Shown here: piece after piece, positions 20,651 through 28,833 of the stretch
Numbering within the stretch: position 1 is the first letter of the stretch
Layout of the letters: every line of letters begins with the position of its first letter
Source of the DNA: Candidatus Kapaibacterium sp.
Lineage (GTDB): Bacteria > Bacteroidota > Ignavibacteria > Kapaibacteriales > UBA2268
DNA: 64,000 nucleotides
Direction of reading: 5' to 3'
Assembly: GCA_963664875.1 (NCBI GenBank)
Contig: OY761611.1
Location: 1,632,001-1,696,000, forward strand
The notes under the pieces: generated by a model
What the model saw: the letters and a program-made list of their open reading frames with translations, nothing else
Databases searched by the model: none
Told to the model about the DNA's origin: nothing
Position numbers and translations under genes: made by a program

Positions 20651-20847
20651 GAGGCTGTCTCATAAGTCAAAATTTGCAACATATTCTTGATGTTTGTAAG
20701 TTTTACCGACAGCTGAAGCAGTCGGTTGCACTTGTGTAACTCATTGCAACCGCATGCTTTAGCTTGCGGTAGAATAAAATATAATGTTTGTTTTTCCTCT
20801 ACTTTTACTAAAGAGTATGACAAAACTCAGACTTATGAGACAGTCCC
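20651..20847. mobile_element. MITE-like non-autonomous element with terminal inverted repeats
   Basis: Left end GAGGCTGTCTCATAAGTC and right end GACTTATGAGACAGTCCC share a 14-bp perfect IR core. About 197 bp, no transposase. Confidence 0.65.
20704..20771. repeat. Inverted REP-like palindrome doublet (REPIN-like)
   Basis: TACCGACAGCTGAAGCAGTCGGTTGCA and TGCAACCGCATGCTTTAGCTTGCGGTA are each hairpins and are inverted near-copies of each other. Confidence 0.6.
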
Positions 20848-21057
20848 TTCAAAGATACCATTGGTAAGTTTTTCTTAGATTTACGAATTGAATTCTTCTT
20901 TCCAAATTAAGTATCTTGCTAGTGTTTTGATTTCAAATGACAAATAAGGAATAATTGAACCGGTAAGCCCGGAGCAAAGAAGAAATATATTCTTAGAGCA
21001 TATCAACGTCTTTGTATATTTGTCTAATCACAATTTTCGGATTAGATTCGCTGAGTA

Positions 21058-22362
21058 TTATTCCTCTTCTTTATCTTTGATTTTGATAACTACAGTTTGG
21101 ATTTGACGTGTAGTTCGATCAACTATTCTTGCGAAAAACTCGTCGAATTCGATTATTTCACCTACTTCCGGTATTCTGCCTGTTTCTGATGTAATAAGCC
21201 CGCCAACTGTCTCATAATCTTCGCTTTCAGGCAAATCTATTGGCAGAAAGTCGTTTGCATCGTCGATTATCATCTGAGCCGAAATAGAATATTCTTTCTC
21301 AGAAAGCTTTTTGAGCAAAGGCAGCTCTTCGTCGTATTCGTCTTGGATTTCGCCGACTATTTCTTCTAATATATCTTCTAAAGTTACAAGACCTGCAGTA
21401 CCTCCAAATTCATTGAGAACAACTGCAATGTGCATCTTCCTTTTCTGAAGTGAACGCAAAAGGTCGTCTATCATGCTGTCTTCTGAGACAAAGTAAGGTT
21501 TCCTAAGGATATCTTTTAGTCTGAAATCTTCCGAATTTTTGAGCAAGCGAAGTATATCTTTTGCAAACACCATACCGATAATATTGTCTATATTGCCTTC
21601 ATATACGGGCATACGTGAGTACCCCTCTTCTATTATGGTATCGATAGTTTCGTTTTTGCTCATATTTACTTCTACAGCTATAATTTTATTGCGGGGTATC
21701 ATTATCTGCTTTACCTGAGTTTCCGCAAAATCAAAAACATTTTCTATCATTTTCTGCTCGGTGTCGTCTATCATGCCGCTTCTGCTACTTTCGGCAATTA
21801 TATATTTCAGCTCTTCGGGTGAGTGCATTTCCGAACCTTCCGATGGGGGTTTCACTCCAATAATACGCAGCATCATATTGGCAAAATTGTTTAGTACCCA
21901 TATCGCCGGTTTGAAAATAATATAAAACAGTCTCAATGGAAATGATACGCTAAGTGCCACCTGCTCTGAATATTGGATAGCAAGTGATTTTGGTGCAAGC
22001 TCTCCAAATACAATATGTAAAAATGTAATAAGTGCAAACGACAGTGGGAGTGCTATCTGATGTGCCGATTCCGGATTTAGATTTATGCCTACCAATTCGA
22101 GAGTGTTGATTACAATTTGGGCAACAACGCTTTCGCCTATCCAACCAAGCCCAAGCGAAGCAAGAGTGATCCCCAGCTGAGTAGCCGATAGGTAGCCATC
22201 GAGATGAGTTACCATGCTTTGTGCAATTTTTGCCATTTTGTTGCCTTCGCGGACTCTAAGTTCGATTTGCGAAGCTCGTACTTTGACAATGGCAAATTCT
22301 GCTGCCACAAAAAATCCGTTTAAAACTACGAAAAACAGGGTCAGGGCTATGTCAGATATCAT
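21058..22362 (-). CDS. HlyC/CorC family transporter (CNNM/DUF21, CBS pair, CorC domain)
   Basis: NGFFVAAEFAIV, QLGITLASLGLGW, GELAPKS, YSRMPVY and EDILEEIVGEI motifs. Confidence 0.92.
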   Translation of the reverse strand: MISDIALTLFFVVLNGFFVAAEFAIVKVRASQIELRVREGNKMAKIAQSMVTHLDGYLSATQLGITLASLGLGWIGESVVAQIVINTLELVGINLNPESAHQIALPLSFALITFLHIVFGELAPKSLAIQYSEQVALSVSFPLRLFYIIFKPAIWVLNNFANMMLRIIGVKPPSEGSEMHSPEELKYIIAESSRSGMIDDTEQKMIENVFDFAETQVKQIMIPRNKIIAVEVNMSKNETIDTIIEEGYSRMPVYEGNIDNIIGMVFAKDILRLLKNSEDFRLKDILRKPYFVSEDSMIDDLLRSLQKRKMHIAVVLNEFGGTAGLVTLEDILEEIVGEIQDEYDEELPLLKKLSEKEYSISAQMIIDDANDFLPIDLPESEDYETVGGLITSETGRIPEVGEIIEFDEFFARIVDRTTRQIQTVVIKIKDKEEE

Positions 22363-22376
22363 ATTTATTTTTTCTT

Positions 22377-23123
22377 CTACTTCAAAAACAACTGTTTAGA
22401 TTTGAAAAAGACCTTCTTGTCCAAATGATAAGCAAAATATCTTGTAAAAAAGTCCACCAGCTCGCCGGCTTCTTTATCTGTCAGTTCGATTTCAGATATT
22501 TTGGAATGCTCTAATATAAAAATGTAATATAATTTTATATACGTTTCTTTTTCGATTGTAATATAATTGGAAGCAAAATTAGGCTCCTCGAGCAACCTCC
22601 CGCTATCAAGCGAAAATTTGCATAGGCTTTTGCCAAGGCGAAAGAGCTCTAAGTCTTCCAGAATATGCGGATCGAACTCGAAACCTAATTCAATAGCCAA
22701 ATGTATGCCAAAGCTGACAAAATAGGTGTACGGGGATTTGGGCAGGGAGTTCAAATCCTCCAAAATTAAGCGAAAGAAATCGAACAATTCGACATGGGGC
22801 GCGTTTAGTTCCTGAGTGATAAGCACAGATTCAGCTATCAGCAACGCCGCTCCTGTGTGGTCAAATGAGGTACTTATCTTTCTATATGGAACAATAATAT
22901 CAGCCTCAGCCAAGACGTGCAAATCCCTATTGGGTTTATGGTAAAATTTTATTTCTATATAGCTTAGTGGCTCGAGAGAAGCCGAAAATTTGGACTTCGC
23001 CTTGCGTACTCCTTTAGCGATAACAGTAATTTTGCCGTAATCCTTTGTGTACAAATTAACTATCTTGCTTGTGTCACCAAATTTTCTTGTATGCAATACT
23101 ATAGCTTCGGTTTTTTCAATCAT
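22377..23123 (-). CDS. recO: DNA repair protein RecO
   Basis: N-terminal OB fold TEAIVL..FGDTSKIV.LYTKDYGKI..IAKGVRK..SKF...LEP. Confidence 0.88.
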   Translation of the reverse strand: MIEKTEAIVLHTRKFGDTSKIVNLYTKDYGKITVIAKGVRKAKSKFSASLEPLSYIEIKFYHKPNRDLHVLAEADIIVPYRKISTSFDHTGAALLIAESVLITQELNAPHVELFDFFRLILEDLNSLPKSPYTYFVSFGIHLAIELGFEFDPHILEDLELFRLGKSLCKFSLDSGRLLEEPNFASNYITIEKETYIKLYYIFILEHSKISEIELTDKEAGELVDFFTRYFAYHLDKKVFFKSKQLFLK

Positions 23124-23162
23124 GTGGCATTCTCATAATTTTAACGCAATATAAAATATTTC

Positions 23163-23193
23163 TTGCATAATTTTACAAAATAGTCTATTTTTG
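23163..23193 (+). promoter_or_regulatory. Putative promoter of tRNA-Asn copy 1
   Basis: TTGCAT-N17-TATTTTTG (TAnnTTTG type). Same architecture repeated before copy 2. Confidence 0.55.
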
Positions 23194-23205
23194 TGTCGCT
23201 TTGAT

Positions 23206-23279
23206 TCCTGAGTAGCTCAGCTGGTTAGAGCATCTGACTGTTAATCAGAGGGTCCGCGGTTCAAGTCCGTGCTCAGGAG
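23206..23279 (+). tRNA. tRNA-Asn (GTT), copy 1
   Basis: Cloverleaf: TCCTGAG/CTCAGGA acceptor, GCTC/GAGC D stem, TCTGA-CTGTTAA-TCAGA anticodon arm, TTCAAGT T loop. CCA not encoded. Confidence 0.97.
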
Positions 23280-23324
23280 CTTTAGTTCTAAAAAAAAAAA
23301 GATTTTCAAGTGCAAAAATATTAC

Positions 23325-23355
23325 TTGCACAATTAGAGAAAAACATTTATTTTTG
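23325..23355 (+). promoter_or_regulatory. Putative promoter of tRNA-Asn copies 2-3
   Basis: TTGCAC-N17-TATTTTTG, identical spacing to the promoter of copy 1. Confidence 0.55.
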
Positions 23356-23368
23356 TTTCTCTTTTGAT

Positions 23369-23442
23369 TCCTGAGTAGCTCAGCTGGTTAGAGCATCTGA
23401 CTGTTAATCAGAGGGTCCGCGGTTCAAGTCCGTGCTCAGGAG
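23369..23442 (+). tRNA. tRNA-Asn (GTT), copy 2
   Basis: Identical 74-nt sequence to copy 1. Confidence 0.97.
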
Positions 23443-23484
23443 CATTGAAAATCTATTTGATACTTATCCATGTGGTAAGTATAT

Positions 23485-23558
23485 TCCTGAGTAGCTCAGC
23501 TGGTTAGAGCATCTGACTGTTAATCAGAGGGTCCGCGGTTCAAGTCCGTGCTCAGGAG
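23485..23558 (+). tRNA. tRNA-Asn (GTT), copy 3
   Basis: Identical 74-nt sequence to copies 1 and 2. Confidence 0.97.
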
Positions 23559-23560
23559 CA

Positions 23561-23591
23561 AAAAGCTAATCCAAACGGGTTAGCTTTTTTT
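23561..23591 (+). terminator. Terminator of the tRNA cluster
   Basis: AAAAGCTAATCC-aaac-GGGTTAGCTTTTTTT. Confidence 0.8.
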
Positions 23592-23885
23592 GTTTTTAGA
23601 AACTCTTCTCAGTATGTCTGTGATTTCTGCCACTTATTCCCACTCATTCTCTATACCAATTTTTTCAAATCACCAATTTCTTGGCTCTGCTCATTTGTTT
23701 TCCGGCAAATGAAAAAGCAGAATTTATAAACGATATTTACTATTGTTAGCAAATCCAGTTAGCTGAACAAAAAAATGGCTCTAATTGCATCTAATACCAG
23801 AAGTAAAAACAATTTGGAGCCATTTATATGCTTTTTGCAAACATAGGATAATTATATTTTATCAGATAATCGAAACAGGTACAAT

Positions 23886-24197
23886 CTATTGTATTACCAC
23901 CTTCTGAGCAGCTACAAACTGACCTTCTTTATAGATAGAAAGTATATATATTCCGGAAGCCAGCTCTGTGCTTAGATTGAGTGAAACTCTATTTAGTCCT
24001 GCGGTAAGTGTTTCCGTTTGCTTAATATTGCACTCCGATCCATCGAGTGCTGTGAGCTGCAGTGTATATTTGCCTGCCTCGTTTGCCTTGATATCTATTG
24101 TTATTTCATCATCTTTGCCTGCCGGATTCGGATAAACTGCTATTTCTGATGTCAATGGATTATGCTCGCTTACTGAGGTTGCGGGTTCGAGGGTGGC
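23886..24197 (-). repeat. About 310-bp constant C-terminal cassette, copy 1 of 4
   Basis: Near-identical DNA encoding ATLEPATSVSEHNPLTSEIAVYPNP..QKVVI, also at 25365, 27029 and 28519. Confidence 0.9.
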
Positions 24198-25304
24198 GAT
24201 AATACCTATCCCTACGGCTATTCCCTTCGAATGACTAACTCTTTCTACTTTGTCAAAAGAAGCTGTTTTTGAATCATTCTTCACTCTTAACTCTTCCTCC
24301 CAAGTATCTCCGTTATCAGTAGAAATATAGGCTCCCGAACGCATGTTCAAGCAGATAATATTGCCAAATTTTCTTAGGCTATTGAGACGATTCATTTTCA
24401 TTGAATTTGAATCTGCAAGGACAACCATTTCTCCTGATTCCCTGTTTATTTTTACAATCTTATAGTGAGGGGTTGCAGTGTAAACTGTATCTATTTCGCC
24501 TTTGGAGTTTTTTACAAGTACTTCTTCAAATGTGTATTCAGCAGTTTGAGTAAATATTGACTCCTGATCTACCACAAAATATTCTGAAAGCTCAACTTTT
24601 CTATTTGTATAAAACTGTTTCCAGGTCTCTCCATTGTCCGAACTCTCAAGGTAAACATTATGAATATAATTATTAAAATTGGACACGAAATTAGCTTTAT
24701 CAAAGAAAAAAATAGATTTATAGATTTTATCCTGAAAGAAAACCGGTTTACCTACCTTTATTTTTTCGTATATTTCTAACGAATCAATAGAATATAGAGG
24801 CTCTAATATTTCCCATGTATTTCCCAGGTCAGTGCTTTTTGCATACTTATCCATAGCACCAGCTATAAAGACAATGCTATCTCTCGCAGAGATTTTGTTA
24901 TAAGTAAATGATTCGTCAGAAAGTTTTGATTCTTTCCAGGTAATTCCCTTATCTTCGGATTTGAGCAGAGACATATAACCACAAAGGGCTATAATATTGC
25001 TTTTATCTAAATATTTAATATCTGTAAAGAAATAGTTAGCAGCTTCAGGGTATCCCTTGTCTGTAATATCTTCAAAAAAAAGTGTATCCCACGTTTTGCC
25101 ATAGTCTGTAGTTTGTTCAATCATCCTATAATAAATAAAATCGAATCCTGAACTTGCACAAATATAAGTGGAGCTATCCAGAGCAGAAATAAAATGCCCA
25201 GCCATTGGATTATAGTCCCATTTTTCAGAAACATTCCATTGGTAGTCTGAAGCGGAAAGTATGTAGGACATACAAAACAAAAGAATAAAAGAGAAGTAAC
25301 GCAT
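23886..25304 (-). CDS. Secreted BNR/Asp-box propeller protein with T9SS CTD (array member B2)
   Basis: Start MRYFSF at 25304, matching paralog 27029..28456. Asp boxes TTDYGKTW, STDLGNTW, SSDNGETW. CTD VYPNPA..SGIYIL..QKVVIQ. Confidence 0.85.
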   Translation of the reverse strand: MRYFSFILLFCMSYILSASDYQWNVSEKWDYNPMAGHFISALDSSTYICASSGFDFIYYRMIEQTTDYGKTWDTLFFEDITDKGYPEAANYFFTDIKYLDKSNIIALCGYMSLLKSEDKGITWKESKLSDESFTYNKISARDSIVFIAGAMDKYAKSTDLGNTWEILEPLYSIDSLEIYEKIKVGKPVFFQDKIYKSIFFFDKANFVSNFNNYIHNVYLESSDNGETWKQFYTNRKVELSEYFVVDQESIFTQTAEYTFEEVLVKNSKGEIDTVYTATPHYKIVKINRESGEMVVLADSNSMKMNRLNSLRKFGNIICLNMRSGAYISTDNGDTWEEELRVKNDSKTASFDKVERVSHSKGIAVGIGIIATLEPATSVSEHNPLTSEIAVYPNPAGKDDEITIDIKANEAGKYTLQLTALDGSECNIKQTETLTAGLNRVSLNLSTELASGIYILSIYKEGQFVAAQKVVIQ

Positions 25305-25679
25305 AGTAATCCTATATAGTTGAGTAAATGAAATCATTGTGCATTTTAAAACGATGCCAAATATTTATTCGGAAATAACCACCTTCTGAGCAGCTACAAA
25401 CAGCCCTTCTTTATAGATAGTAAGTATATATATTCCGGAAGCCAGCTCTGTGCTTAGATTGAGTGAAACTCTATTTAGTCCGGCGGAAAGTGTTTCCGTT
25501 TGCTTAATATTGCACTCCGAACCATCGAGTGCTGTGAGCTGCAGTGTATATTTGCCTGCCTCGTGTGCCTCAAAGTCTATTGTTATTTCATCATCTTTGC
25601 CTGCCGGATTCGGATAAACTGCTATTTCTGATGTCAATGGATTATGCTCGCTTACTGAGGTTGCGGGTTCGAGGGTGGC
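25233..25679 (-). repeat. Constant cassette copy 2, extended through the intergenic spacer and the next gene's signal peptide
   Basis: About 447 bp near-identical to 28385..28833. Confidence 0.88.
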
Positions 25680-26783
25680 GATATATCCGGGACCTACCAT
25701 CATGCCCTGAGAAACAGAGACTCTATCTATGCCGCTGAAAAAATGAGTTTTTCCTGAAGAACTATAGAATGCTTCTTCTTCCCACGATATTCCAAAATCC
25801 GTTGAAATATATGAACTTGTTATAGTGCTCAAGCATAAAGTGTTAGCAAATTTGTCCATAGACCTTATTGCAGGCCAATAATAAGATGTTGAATCCGAGA
25901 GGATTGTTTTTTCTCCGGAGAACTTGTCAATTTTTATAATTTCATAATATCCGGTCGCAAAATGTGCGGTATCAATATTCCCATCCGGATCTTTCACAAT
26001 TGTAGTATCAAAAATATTATATCCTGCTTGCCCCCAGATAAATTGTTCATCAACAGAAAAAACAGGACTCAATTCATACTCATTAACAAAGAACAAACTT
26101 TCCCAGCTTTCCCCTAAATCTGTACTGAAAAGAAACAAACAATCAGTAAAATAGTTTAAGTTTGAAATAAACGGTACTTTTGTCTGCAAATACTTAATGG
26201 TATAAAGCGTATCTTGATACATAACCGGAGTCAATGTAAACGTATTATCATAAGTATAATTAGAATCTGTAACAATATCAACACTCTTTAGCTCCCAAGT
26301 TCTTCCCATGTCTTTACTAATGACAAATTGATTATTTACTCCGCCTAACATAATTATGCTGTCTTTAGAATAAATATTGCTAAAATGAACAGTAGAGTCA
26401 AAATAAGATGTATCAATCCAAGATTGCCCCCCATTAGTGGTCTGAAGAATTTGTTGATTCCCACATAAGGCAATAATATTATCTTTATCCAAGAATGTGA
26501 CATCATAAATAAAATGTCGCTTGTAATCAAAACTTTCTTCTATTGTTGAGGCATATAAGGTATCCCATGTTTTTCCTTTATTGAAGGTCCAAAGCAATGC
26601 CCTATATTTGTTATTGTTTGAGGTAGAGAAAGATCTTACGTACGAGTTGGAATCAAGTGCAGAAATACGATCAATTGATAAATCGTTAGAATTACTTACT
26701 CTTTCGATATTCCATTGATATTTACTCTCTGCATATAACATACTATTCAGCAACAAAGATATAATTACGATTATATAAAACAT
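25365..26783 (-). CDS. Secreted BNR/Asp-box propeller protein with T9SS CTD (array member A2)
   Basis: Signal peptide. TTNGGQSW, SKDMGRTW and STDLGESW boxes. Constant CTD. Confidence 0.85.
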   Translation of the reverse strand: MFYIIVIISLLLNSMLYAESKYQWNIERVSNSNDLSIDRISALDSNSYVRSFSTSNNNKYRALLWTFNKGKTWDTLYASTIEESFDYKRHFIYDVTFLDKDNIIALCGNQQILQTTNGGQSWIDTSYFDSTVHFSNIYSKDSIIMLGGVNNQFVISKDMGRTWELKSVDIVTDSNYTYDNTFTLTPVMYQDTLYTIKYLQTKVPFISNLNYFTDCLFLFSTDLGESWESLFFVNEYELSPVFSVDEQFIWGQAGYNIFDTTIVKDPDGNIDTAHFATGYYEIIKIDKFSGEKTILSDSTSYYWPAIRSMDKFANTLCLSTITSSYISTDFGISWEEEAFYSSSGKTHFFSGIDRVSVSQGMMVGPGYIATLEPATSVSEHNPLTSEIAVYPNPAGKDDEITIDFEAHEAGKYTLQLTALDGSECNIKQTETLSAGLNRVSLNLSTELASGIYILTIYKEGLFVAAQKVVISE

Positions 26784-27028
26784 AACAATTCCTTTTTTAA
26801 TAAACGAAGCTTGTGTTGCGATGCATTCTATTTTGTCTCGGTTGATAGCCCAACCGTAACCTGATTGAAACGCATCTATAACTTGTTTTTAAGACTAAGC
26901 ACTCAGCAAAACACACCTATGCTCAAAGTGTCTTGAACAAACCGTACGTCAGTAACAACAACAGAAAAGATGTAAATACCAATGCTTTATAGTGTATTTA
27001 CGTTGTACTCCATGCAATACTAAACAAT

Positions 27029-27340
27029 CTATTGTATTACCACCTTCTGAGCAGCTACAAACAGCCCTTCTTTATAGATAGAAAGTATATATATGCCTGA
27101 AGCCAGCTCTGCGCTTAGATTAAGTGAAACTCTATTTAGTCCGGTGGAAAGTGTTTCCGTTTGCTTAATATTGCACTCCGATCCATCGAGTGCTGTGAGC
27201 TGCAGTGTATATTTGCCTGACTCGTGTGCCTCAAAGTCTATTGTTATTTCATCATCTTTGCCTGCCGGATTCGGATAAACTGCTATTTCTGATGTCAAGG
27301 GATTATGCTCGCTTACTGAGGTTGCGGGTTCGAGGGTAGC
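27029..27340 (-). repeat. Constant C-terminal cassette, copy 3 of 4
   Basis: Near-identical to 23886..24197, including ACAATCTA at the stop codon. Confidence 0.9.
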
Positions 27341-28456
27341 GAAACAGCTCAAACCAACTGCCATACCTTTTGTACTCGTCGTTCTTGCAAGATCAAAAAA
27401 GAGCGAAACTTCTCCTTCTTTTGTGATTCTTTTCTCTTCGAACCAAGATTTTCCGAAATCTGAAGATTTGTATGATTTTGTATTTGCGGAAGCCATTATG
27501 TCGGAATTTATAATATCCAAATTGCTTATAGAAGGCATGTTTAAAACAGCAGTGTCAACAATTGTCCGATTAGTACCGTCACTCAAATCGACTGCCATAA
27601 TTTTTCTGTGCGGAGTAGCAACAAACAGCGTATCTACACCATCGCCATTAGGCTTGTTGACTAAAACATCTTTAAATGTATAATCAGTAGCCTGCAAAAA
27701 CAATTCTCCATTATGAATTACAAAATCTGTGCTAACTTCAAACTCATCTAACAGCAAAAGATTCTCCCACGTTTCTCCACTATCAGTACTTTTCAAATAC
27801 AAACAATGCTTGTGGTATGACAATGTGGACATAAACTCAATTTCATCTAACAAAAAAACAGGGAGGTATAGGTTTCCGTCAAACTCTTTAGGAGGAAAAA
27901 TAGAAATGTTCTCATATTTATCAACTGAATCAATCTCAATTTGAATTTGCTGCAAATTCCAACTATTCCCTTTATCTCTGCTAATTCCTATATACTCTGA
28001 TGATGCCCCACCTACAAAAACATTATCTCCGTAGCTCATTATTTTTGTATAGTTGAATGATGGGTCAAAGTAATTTGTATCAATCCACGATTTGCCGCCA
28101 TCAGAAGTTCTTACTAAGCCATTGTACCCATAGACTGCAATTATGTTGTCTAAATCCAAAAAAGCTATGTCAGTAAACATAAAAAATAAGTAATCAGAAT
28201 ATTCATTTCCCATTTCCTTAAAATAGATTGTATCCCAAGATTGACCATAATCGTTGGTTAATTCAATAAATCTAAAAGCCGGTGGGTTAGTGTATGTTCT
28301 AGTTATAGCATAATTTAAAGAATCATAAGCTGAGATTTGTCCCATTGAGACTGGATTAGAATCGTCTTGAAGTTTAAATTTAAAATTCCATTGGTAGTCG
28401 GAAGCGGTAAGTATGTAGGACATACAAAACAAAAGAATAAAGGAGAAGTAACGCAT
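27029..28456 (-). CDS. Secreted BNR/Asp-box propeller protein with T9SS CTD (array member B1)
   Basis: MRYFSFILLFCMSYIL signal. TNDYGQSW, TSDGGKSW and STDSGETW boxes. Constant CTD. Confidence 0.85.
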   Translation of the reverse strand: MRYFSFILLFCMSYILTASDYQWNFKFKLQDDSNPVSMGQISAYDSLNYAITRTYTNPPAFRFIELTNDYGQSWDTIYFKEMGNEYSDYLFFMFTDIAFLDLDNIIAVYGYNGLVRTSDGGKSWIDTNYFDPSFNYTKIMSYGDNVFVGGASSEYIGISRDKGNSWNLQQIQIEIDSVDKYENISIFPPKEFDGNLYLPVFLLDEIEFMSTLSYHKHCLYLKSTDSGETWENLLLLDEFEVSTDFVIHNGELFLQATDYTFKDVLVNKPNGDGVDTLFVATPHRKIMAVDLSDGTNRTIVDTAVLNMPSISNLDIINSDIMASANTKSYKSSDFGKSWFEEKRITKEGEVSLFFDLARTTSTKGMAVGLSCFATLEPATSVSEHNPLTSEIAVYPNPAGKDDEITIDFEAHESGKYTLQLTALDGSECNIKQTETLSTGLNRVSLNLSAELASGIYILSIYKEGLFVAAQKVVIQ

Positions 28457-28833
28457 AGATGAACCTGTATAATTGAGTAAATGAAATCATTGTGCATTTT
28501 TAAAACGATGCCAAATATTTATCCGGAAATTACCACCTTCTGAGCAGCTACGAACTGACCTTCTTTATAGATAGAAAGTATATATATTCCGGAAGCCAGC
28601 TCTGAGCTTAGATTGAGTGAAACTCTATTTAGTCCGGCGGCAAGTGTTTCCGTTTGCTTAATATTGCTCTCTGAACCATCGAGTGCTGTGAGCTGCAGTG
28701 TATATTTGCCTGACTCGTTTGCCTTGATATCTATTGTTATTTCATCATCTTTGCCTGCCGGATTCGGATAAACTGCTATTTCTGATGTCAAGGGATTATG
28801 CTCGCTTACTGAGGTTGCGGGTTCGAGGGTAGC
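28385..28833 (-). repeat. Constant cassette copy 4, extended through spacer and next signal peptide
   Basis: Near-identical to 25233..25679. Confidence 0.88.

Noticed and set aside
20635-20823. 62-aa ORF
   Set aside because: Lies across the MITE and REP hairpins, so it is most likely incidental.
23206-23558. Three identical 74-bp repeats with unique spacers, superficially CRISPR-like
   Set aside because: Each repeat folds as a complete tRNA-Asn. No cas genes.
23665-23765. Possible CTD remnant (..GKQMSRAKKLVI*) downstream of the array
   Set aside because: Too short and requires a frameshift. Not distinguishable from chance.
26784-27028. Integron attC sites between array genes
   Set aside because: The hairpin runs GTT..AAC rather than RYYYAAC..GTTRRRY, is not repeated after each gene, and there is no integrase.
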